From Octopus vulgaris (lineage: Eukaryota): DNA of 64,000 bases. The DNA lies in the NCBI GenBank assembly GCA_951406725.2, contig OX597817.1, forward strand, positions 45,136,001 through 45,200,000. Reading direction: 5' to 3'. Made by a program: the position numbers and the translations under genes. Below, one piece after another: positions 55,296-64,000 of the stretch (positions within the stretch are counted from its first letter, which is position 1; each line of letters opens with the position of its first letter). The notes under the pieces were generated by a model. The model was not told the DNA's origin. It was given only the letters and a program-made list of their open reading frames with translations, and did not search any database.

Positions 55296-56347
55296 GGCAT
55301 TTGTTTTCCCAGTGTGAATAAAAGTAATATAATATGATCGTCAGTAAATCGTAAGTAAAGAGAAAAGAGATTGATAAATTAGACATTAGAGTTTTGAATA
55401 TATAACATGATATTAGCAATCATATATAGTTGAAAACATCTCCTCATGTCACAGGTAATTTGTTGCAAACCAAAATAATTCAATTTTCGAATTGTTGCTA
55501 TGCCATCACGCGTTGTTAAGCTGATCTTATTTTCATTGTTCGTTGATACTAAGTGCACCCAATCAGTTAATGGCATTTACAAAAATATAAGTGCCACATT
55601 GCATTTTATTATTGCTTAATAATCTGAAGTCGTTATGCTTAAGTATGAAATAAAATCATGGTCTGTTTTAGTGGAGCTTTAACGAGCTGTAAATTCCAAG
55701 CAGTTCACGTCCTGGAAACGATCCTAGCTTATACACACAATAAAATCCAGCAGATGTTAGATTTATTGATATTATGCATGAAATTTGGACATATATTCTT
55801 CTGGACGCTTTTAAAAACTCAACTGAACATATATTCGATTTTGTGTTTAAAGTCAATTCGCGAAAACATTCGCGAAAACATGGATTAGTTTCGGTTTTGT
55901 CACGAACACATCAGAGAAATACTTTTTTTATTATGTTAGAAAGATGTTGAAGTTACCAGAATATATAGAAACAGAACTGACGTTGTGGCACAAATTCTGA
56001 ATATCAACATTAATTTTAGCAGGAAATTCGAAAGTAGGCGTCAAGCATAAGAATTCTAGATACAGTTCAGAATTACTTATCTGAGACATGGAATTCGAAT
56101 GGCATGAGTGAGTAACTGCGAAGATTAATGCGATTAGAAAATCCTTAATTCTACGCGTTATATACTGTTGTTCAGGAGATAAAAACAGACAGGAAAAAGG
56201 ATAAGTCCAAATCTATGTTTAATGCATAATATATCACAAAAAGAAACACACTTTCAACTATAAAGCAGTAAAGTATGAAAGTAATAAAGTTAATGTCTGG
56301 TCATAGAGTGACCAATGATTTCGCAACTCCATATATATATATATATA

Positions 56348-56750
56348 CTAGCAGCTAAGCCCGGTTTCACCCGGTCTGATGATGTGGTTGTGATAATTTT
56401 CGGTTAGGCATAGTCTATAACACCGTTTACCAACCTTATGATTTCGGGTCCTCCGTTTCGATTGGAGCCTCCGGTTGTATGAAAATTTCCTGGCCCCACC
56501 CCGTCAGAAAACAGCTTCTAAGCAACTGGTTGTTTAAAGGCAGAAGAAAGAGGAACGTTCTGTTAGAAACAATTTTAATCTATTTTCTCGGTGAGTATGG
56601 GGGTTATGAAAACATACAAACTGTATTCCAAGCTATACACATGTCTCCACATGCGTGCTATTTTTCATGCGAATCCGCCCAGCCATTTGGCTGTGAATCT
56701 CAAAACAAGAAAGAGTACAATGATCGCCCATGTCCAATTTATATTATAGA
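56348..56750 (-). mobile_element. Complete non-autonomous Helitron (~400 bp)
   Basis: Minus strand A|TCTATAATATAAA ... CCGG GTGAAA CCGG hairpin ... CTAG|T; AT target and no TSD. Confidence 0.85.
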
Positions 56751-57077
56751 TATATACATGGGGAAAGAGAGAGAGAGAGAGAGAAAGATAAAGACATAGA
56801 TAGATAGCGGTATGCGTGTTAGAATACTTTTTAGCTATGGTACATGAAACTCGTCAGGTACAGGTATAAACAATAAAATGCAAAGATATATGTGAGTGAT
56901 GTGCTTCGAGAAACATTATTCCAAGAGAGAACTTATAACGCGTTCTCATCAAAGTTGATAAAACACAGGTAGCATTAACTATATATCCACATAGATACAT
57001 ACATACAAACAAATATATGTATGTATACCAAACACACATAGACACACATGTATATATTTACACACATGTATGTATTT

Positions 57078-57144
<67 letters not shown>

Positions 57145-57159
57145 TGTATATATATATAT

Positions 57160-57335
57160 GTAGGTCCCGGGTTGATTCGGGGTTAACCACAGTAAGTAAG
57201 GTACTCAATACATAGCAGAGTAAAATTAATTTATTATATAGAAGGAGCTTCTACAGGACTAGAACTGTTTCATTCATTGAAGATTTCTCTTGAATGAAAC
57301 AGTTCTAGTCCTATAAAGCTCCTTCTATATAATAA

Positions 57336-57337
<2 letters not shown>
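57160..57337. mobile_element. Fold-back element between (TA)n arrays with central hammerhead-like motif
   Basis: Arms 57229-57276 / 57291-57337; TTGAAGA-T TTC TCTT GAA T-GAAACAGTTC at 57277-57305. Confidence 0.7.
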
Positions 57338-57367
<30 letters not shown>

Positions 57368-57613
57368 TTTTTTACTTTTTATTAAAATTTTATGTATTGA
57401 TTAAGTCTTTCCTTGTTTGTTTTGCAAAATAGTGGTTTTGTCTCTAATTAATATTATATAATATTTTACTATAAGATTGGATTTAATCCTAAATCTGATT
57501 TTTTCCCTGTAAATTTGGATTTATTCCCTAATATTTATTATATGTATATATATATATATATATATGCATATATATATATATATATATATATGTGTATATA
57601 TATATATATATAT

Positions 57614-57944
57614 GACTCAGTGGTTAGAGAGTCGAGCTTACGATCGTGAGGTTGTGAGCTCGAATCCCGGACGGGGCTGCATGTTGTGTTCTTGAGCAAG
57701 GCACTTTATTTCACGTTGCTCCAGTTCACTCAGCTGTAGAAATGAGTTGCGACGTCACAGGTGCCAAGCTGTATCGGCCCTTGCCTTTCCCTTGGACAAC
57801 ATCGGTGACGTGGAGAGGGGAGGCCGGTATGCATGGGCGACTGCTGGTCTTCCATAAAACAACCTTGCCCAGACTTGTGCCTCAGAGGGTATCTCTCTAG
57901 GTGCAAACCCATGGTCAGTGCCTGACCGAAGGGGGTCTTTACCC

Positions 57945-57945
<1 letters not shown>
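57614..57945 (+). mobile_element. tRNA-derived SINE (group C, subfamily D)
   Basis: GACTCAGTGGTTAGAG..GAGCTCGAATCCC, then TTGTGTTCTTGAGCAAGGCAC; homologous to 36868-37075. Confidence 0.85.
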
Positions 57946-58013
<68 letters not shown>

Positions 58014-58015
<2 letters not shown>

Positions 58016-58775
58016 TTTATAATTAGGGCTCAGCAACGATTCGCTTCACCACATACCGAAGTTTAGAAATAGCAGTCAAAAAAATCATTCTATATTAGGT
58101 TACCCACGGACGTACGTTTCGGAATTAGATCAGTATAAAGCATAAATAATAAGTAATTATACCTTACCCGACCATTTTCGGTTCTTCAGCGTGAGATTCC
58201 TCAATTATAAATTATTACATATTAAATTTGAAGGCACTGGAAAACATCTCTTTACCTAACGGTATCAGAGAGATCATATTCCGTGCTAGTGCCGCCAAAT
58301 TAAAAAAACGAATAAAAGTAAGTCATCCTCCCTCGCCCACCAGCGTGTTGCCAAGCAAGATGCTACAGAGAGAAACTGTAGGTTTTTTTTTATCTGGGAG
58401 AAAAATTCCATTATCAGTAATAACAAAGAGTAAGGTATAATTATTTATTATTTATGCTTTATACTGGTCTAATTCCGAAACGTACTTCTGTGGGTAACCT
58501 AATATAGAATGATTTTCGTCGTTTTTTCCTTTTGCCTGCGTGGTTTGTTTTCAAGTGCTTTGATTTTTCTGGGAATCCCCTTTAAAGTAGAAGGAATAGC
58601 TAAGATTTTTTGACTGCTATTTCTAAACTTCGGTATGTGGTGAAGCGAATCGTTGCTGAGCCCTAACTATAAAGTATTACTTAAGCTTACCATGAAATGG
58701 TCCTTTTCATGCCGAATTCTACTTGGTGAAATTACTGATTACTTCTTAATTAATTAATTTCACCATTTGTTATTA
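58014..58775. mobile_element. Nested fold-back element between (TA)n arrays
   Basis: Outer arms ~58014-58086/58602-58676 and inner arms ~58079-58167/58428-58516; minus-strand CTGAAGA-ACC-GAAAATGGTC at 58166-58194. Confidence 0.75.
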
Positions 58776-58846
58776 TATATATATATATATATATATACGT
58801 ATGTAGTATATCTATATTTATCCATCTATATCTATATATCTCTCTA

Positions 58847-58885
<39 letters not shown>

Positions 58886-59504
58886 ATATATATATATTAA
58901 TGACTGTATGTATGTATGAAGGACGTGAGTGAGTTAAGGAGCGATTATACGTCCAACAGTTTATGAATATCAAGAGTATAGAACGTGTCTGGCATTCGAA
59001 TTATTTAAAAGAACGTAGTCGTTTATCATATTAAATTCTTATCAAAATAACCTGCTGACATTTAAATATTTAATCATATTTTCAAATTCCTTACTGTGAT
59101 GTAAATGATAAAATCGTTTAACAGGAGAAATAACATGAATTCATTTATGAATTACGTCGTTTGACATTAATCCTTTCCAAAAGAAGATGGCGCATAGCAA
59201 GCACGTCACTACGCTTATTCTTTTTATGAAGAGTCTCTTAGTATGAAAGCCATCTTTGAGTAGCTTTGCTATGTGCTATCTTTGAGCTTAGAATCTGTGT
59301 TACTTCAGCTCTCAGTGAGGAACAGAAATATTAAGCTCTGGAATGAAAATGAGGATGATGTTGCATTGTTGTTTGAAAAGTATTGTAGAAGCATGGAAAT
59401 TATTCCGTCCAGGTCAGCTACGCCTTTTAACCTTTCGGGGTCTATGAAATAAGATACCAGACAACAAGTACTGAAGTCGATATTACTGATTAGAACCTCT
59501 CCTC

Positions 59505-59790
59505 AAAGTCGACCTAGGTGGAATTTGAACTCAGAACGTAGCGGCAGACGAAATATCTATTTCTTTACTATCCACAACGGGCTAAACACAGGGAGAACAA
59601 ACAAGGACAGACAAGCGGATTAAGTCGATTATATCGACCCCAGTGCGTAACTGGTACTTAATTTATCGACCCCGAAAGTATGAACGGCAAAGTTGACCTC
59701 GGCGAATTTGAACTCAGATCGTAAAGACAGACGAAATACCGCTAAGCATTTCGCCCACCGTGCTAACGATTCTACCAGCTCGCCGCCTTA
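59505..59790 (-). mobile_element. SINE family B (head, unit, partial unit) abutting an older opposite-strand fragment at 59400-59500
   Basis: Collinear with other family B copies. Confidence 0.85.
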
Positions 59791-61624
59791 TGAACGTGTA
59801 AATATTAAATGATCCTTTACTATGATAGGTATAGGCCATTCAACATTTTTTTTTCTCCGGTTCTCTTCCTTTTTCTTTTATTTAATCATTGTAATAGCTA
59901 TGATTTTGCTACATTTACTGTAACAATTATTATATTTACAATTTAATTCTTAATTTGCTTAGAGGTTAGAAATACGGCATTCAGAGTGAATGAAGCAAAT
60001 ATTGTTTGAAATCATATATTTGCCTGTAAAAATATAATCAATAAAAGATACAATCGATAGCCCTTAAGTAAGACAAGATATAAATTCTTTGGCATTTCTG
60101 ACAGCGAATTTAGCTTCTATGATAGAGAGTGTGATTAACAAAGCTATTGTTGTGGTTAGGTATTTGTATGTATTCCTGATTTCTGTCACCTTAATTGAAC
60201 AATGTGTTTATTATTCTCTATTGATTCGATCTCACAAAACTAGAAGCATAATGGTGATAATAGCTGTCACCTGATCATAATTGGGTTAAATCACTTGAAG
60301 AAATAGAAATTTATTGACATGAATAATTCAAAACCTATTTCAGTCAAACTATTTTATTCAGTATTTCTCTTTCATATAACAACAATAAAAAGTGAAAAAC
60401 CGAAAATAAAAAAAAATTGGTTCAGTATTGTGTTTGCTGTAAATAATTATTTACAAGGTGATGTCATTTGAAGAGGTTATAAAAGGCGGCACGATTTGAG
60501 TGAAATACTTAAACGTTAATTTTTCAGCATATTCAATTTTCTTTTTTTTTCTATGAAACGTTTTTGCATCGCTAATCTAAGGAGCTGTTATGTATTATCA
60601 TTTCTCCCCGAACACATGTGAGAAAGATCGCCTCTGTGTTTATTGGAGAAGAATAGCATTTCTTTACTTTAATAATGGACAAAAAACATTCAGCTGTATA
60701 CGCTTCATTAAACGTTTTGTCAAATCAAACAGCAGACATCGATTGGCAAGAATCAAATCTACATACTGTTTCAATGATTAAAGTAGATTTTTAATTTATG
60801 CATTGGAAAAAGAAATAAACATAATCTTCTCGAATCAGCGCATCAATTAGGTCTCATGTTACATCGGGCATAATTTTAATTTTAATTTTCAGAATAGCAG
60901 CTAGTCGTACGAATGTTCAAAGCAACAAATTGATACAGCACGTTATTACTGTGTGAAGAAATAAAACAAAATAATTGCAATGAACGAAAACAGAATATAA
61001 CCTGATACAATGTCACTAAATATAGGCAAGTAGATGTTTCCCAGATGTATGCAACACACATAAAATACCAAACATTTACCGTAATCTAGAAAATGGATTC
61101 TACATGAAATTATAAGTCAGGATGTACTATGTACTGTAAATTTACTGAACAATATAAAGCAACAATAAACCTCGAATGGAAACAAGTCCAGTGATTTTAA
61201 TAACGCAATTTACTCTTCAGAGAAAACGCCATAAGGAATTCATTCTGAGGAGTAATAAAAATCACACTACAAAAGAGAAACGCGGCAGTACAAATGATTT
61301 TCGCTATTTTATTATATCTGATTTCGATTCCAACGAGGACTGATCTTCGGTTTATCCATTTGGAATTGGAAAATCGTTTTTATTGTCTTTTTTAATATTT
61401 TATGTATTTGTTGGGAAAGTGTATGCAACAAATATACGTTTTATGATAAAATGCACCCTATTTTGATAATATGTTCCCACAAAACAATTTTGTGAACGCA
61501 TTATGCATTCCTAATTCCTATGATTTCCCCCAAACACCAAAAACATATTGAAATTGTGATATGGCGTTCCAGTTTATGCCTAGTATACCGAGTCTGTTAT
61601 GCTGCATTTGTTAAATAGCAGTTT

Positions 61625-61832
61625 CAGATTTTGGTTCAAGGACAGAATTTTCGGGGAAGGGGATACGACAATTACTTCGACCCCAGTGTTCAACTGTTTA
61701 CTATTTTATCGATTGCGGGACGATGAAAGTCAGGATCAACCTTGTAGATTTTGAACTTCGAATATAAAGACGGACGAAATACCGGTAAGAATTTTGCCCG
61801 GCACCTTAACTATCCTGCGATCCCGCCGCCTT
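61625..61832 (-). mobile_element. SINE family B, diverged
   Basis: TCGACCCCAGTG..TTTTATCGA..GATGAAAG..GACGAAATACCG..CCGCCGCC. Confidence 0.72.
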
Positions 61833-62118
61833 ACATTACTTCAATAGCAACATGTGCTACTGCGAGCTTTCTACAAAAGATATCCTAATAATATGGAAAT
61901 TAATTTCCAAATTCAGAGAATATTTCAGACATGAACATGTTTTTTTACCAAACTGGCAACTCAAATTTATTGTTTTCTACATTACAGAAATACTTAATAA
62001 TCATAATAATTTATAGTTACTATTATACGAATGATACTAGTTTTTCTCTCTGTTTCTGCTTCTTTTAATTAAATGCATTTCATTCCATTTAAAATTTAGT
62101 CCAACACTACCTTTGTAT

Positions 62119-62347
62119 ATATTTCTTTACTACCCACAAGGGACTAAACACAGAGGGGACAAACAAGGACAGACAAACGGATTAAGTCGATTGCGTCGAC
62201 CAGTGCGTAACTGGTACTTTATTTATCGACCCCGAAAGGATGAAAGGAAAAGTCGACCTCGGCGGAATTAGAACGCAGAATATAACGACAGACGAAATAC
62301 GGCAACGCATTTCGCCCGGCGTGCTAACGATTCTGCCAGCTCGCCAC
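62119..62347 (-). mobile_element. SINE family B monomer with TSD
   Basis: Flanks CTACCTTTGTATA / CTACTTTTATATA. Confidence 0.87.
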
Positions 62348-63659
62348 ATTCGCTACTTTTATATAACAGTAATATGAAAAGCTTTATTACCCCGCTGATA
62401 GATAAATCCATACTTTTTGAACTAAGAGCCTCTTAAATTCCTTTCCTGTGTGATCTACAACACTGTACACTAATCTCCTTCTCAGTCGTCTCATCTCAAG
62501 AACTTACTTTTAACGGTTCAACATAAATCCCCGTGGAATTAATCTGGTATTTCCTTCTCGATGCGTTAGGAAAGCTTGGAAATTCTGTGGACATTGCACG
62601 TCCATATCTAATAAAATGCAAATTATCTCTGCCACGAATTGCTTTTCTGATGAAGATTTACCTCAATCATAAAACTTGGAAGGAAAATGAACATTCCACA
62701 ATACTCTCGGAGTATCTACATTGTGTAAAAATCAATACCTATTATTCCTGGACTGAAGAAAGGTTCTAAAATCGGAGAACAGAGGTAAAACAAAAGAAAA
62801 TGGAGCTAGAGGCTCATTTAGAACATTTATCGATACTTGCATCGTAAAATCGATTGGAAAGGACATCAATCCATCGATCCATATATACATGTAATGATGT
62901 TTATATTATAATGAGATAAGCTTAATAATTTCTCGGCAATAATATAAAATGAAGTATTAATTTTCATTATCAACTCCATCACCGTTATAAAGTTTTATGG
63001 TGTATGTAATCAATAATGACTCAGATATCGATCGCAATGCAATAATTACGAGTTGTTTCAATTTTGAAAATGTAATAATTGGTACAAACTATTCATTAAT
63101 AAATATTAGACGTAGTCACGTGAGATTATAGTTGGAAATAATCATTTCCCTATTTAAAATATCACTATAAATCTTTGTTGTCTTTAATTGAAATATTATT
63201 CATCTGGAGTGAATTTGAATTATCAAATAATTATTTCCACATCATTATATGTTTTGTAATTAACATATATTAGTAATTAGCATATATTCTATTGTATCAA
63301 AAGACGTTTGATACTGTTTAGGTTTGCAATATCATTGAAACATAAACGAACTTGTGCAAGGTGTATGTTATACCCGAAAGTATTTTTAAACAACGTGCTG
63401 GTATATTATTCACCGGACTAAGCAGTTAACTCACCCATAAATTGTAATAAATCAGAGAAAGCATTTAGCCCTTTAAAATTGTCCTATCATGCAATATCCT
63501 ATTCCTGATCATAGCTCTAATTTTACATCTTCCTAGATTTAATGGAAAGTGTTTGAGCAATATATTTCTAAAAGAAACAAACGTAATCATTATGAGAAAA
63601 AGAAAGATAGAGAGGAGAGAGAAATGAGAAAGGGGAATAAAAATAAATCGTATAATAGA

Positions 63660-63890
63660 TATTTCTTTACTTCCCACAAGGGGCTACACACAGAGGGGAC
63701 AAACAAGGACAGATACATGGATTAAGTCGATTATATCGACTCCAGTGCGTAACTGGTATTTAATTTATCGACACCAACAGGATGAAAGGCAAAGTCGACC
63801 TCGGCAGAATTTGAACTCACAACGTAGCGGCAGACGAAATACGACTAAGCATTTCGCCCGACGTCTTAACGTTTCTGCCAGCTCGCCACT
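63660..63890 (-). mobile_element. SINE family B monomer with TSD
   Basis: Flanks TAAATCGTATAATAGA / TAAGTCGCATAATAGA. Confidence 0.87.
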
Positions 63891-64000
63891 TAAGTCGCAT
63901 AATAGAGCGTAGATGTACAATATCTGTATCTACACTGATCATTCTATCAACAGGATTTTTTTACCCTGATTTTCATCCAATATTTCATTCCAGGAGACGC

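Noticed and set aside
62645-62682. CTGATGA followed by a GATT/AATC stem (similar lone CTGANGA hits at 1678, 2416, 9180, 26153, 41018, 54652)
   Set aside because: No GAAA plus NUH plus stem I; expected by chance in 64 kb.

Overview
AT-rich, microsatellite-saturated eukaryotic non-coding DNA. The repeat content suggests a cephalopod, probably Octopus; this is inference, not verified. No intact host gene, rRNA, genuine tRNA or CRISPR array is supported, and nearly all ORFs in the track are (TA)n/(CA)n/(CAT)n artefacts. The window is a mosaic of (i) three groups of tRNA-derived SINEs, many with target-site duplications, one group forming dimers and trimers; (ii) dead retroelement fragments (HERO/R2-like RT, three CR1-type LINE 3' ends, a Penelope GIY-YIG 3' end); (iii) two non-autonomous Helitrons and two mariner remnants; and (iv) many short fold-back or solo elements sitting in or beside (TA)n arrays. 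The most interesting signal is in group (iv). Seven mutually dissimilar elements carry a minimal type-I hammerhead-ribozyme-like motif (stem I-CTGANGA-stem II-GAAA-short, often palindromic helix III-NUH-stem I'), ranging from near-intact to decayed. In the four fold-backs that have one, it lies at the inner edge of an inverted arm, and one family is physically linked to a GIY-YIG ORF end. This points to a diverse set of ribozyme-bearing Penelope-derived mini-elements. Also notable are a SINE/LINE shared 3' stem-loop with compensatory changes, SINE self-insertion at the multimer junction site, and local duplications patched with SINE fragments. All family assignments come from motif recall without database searches; element boundaries are approximate.
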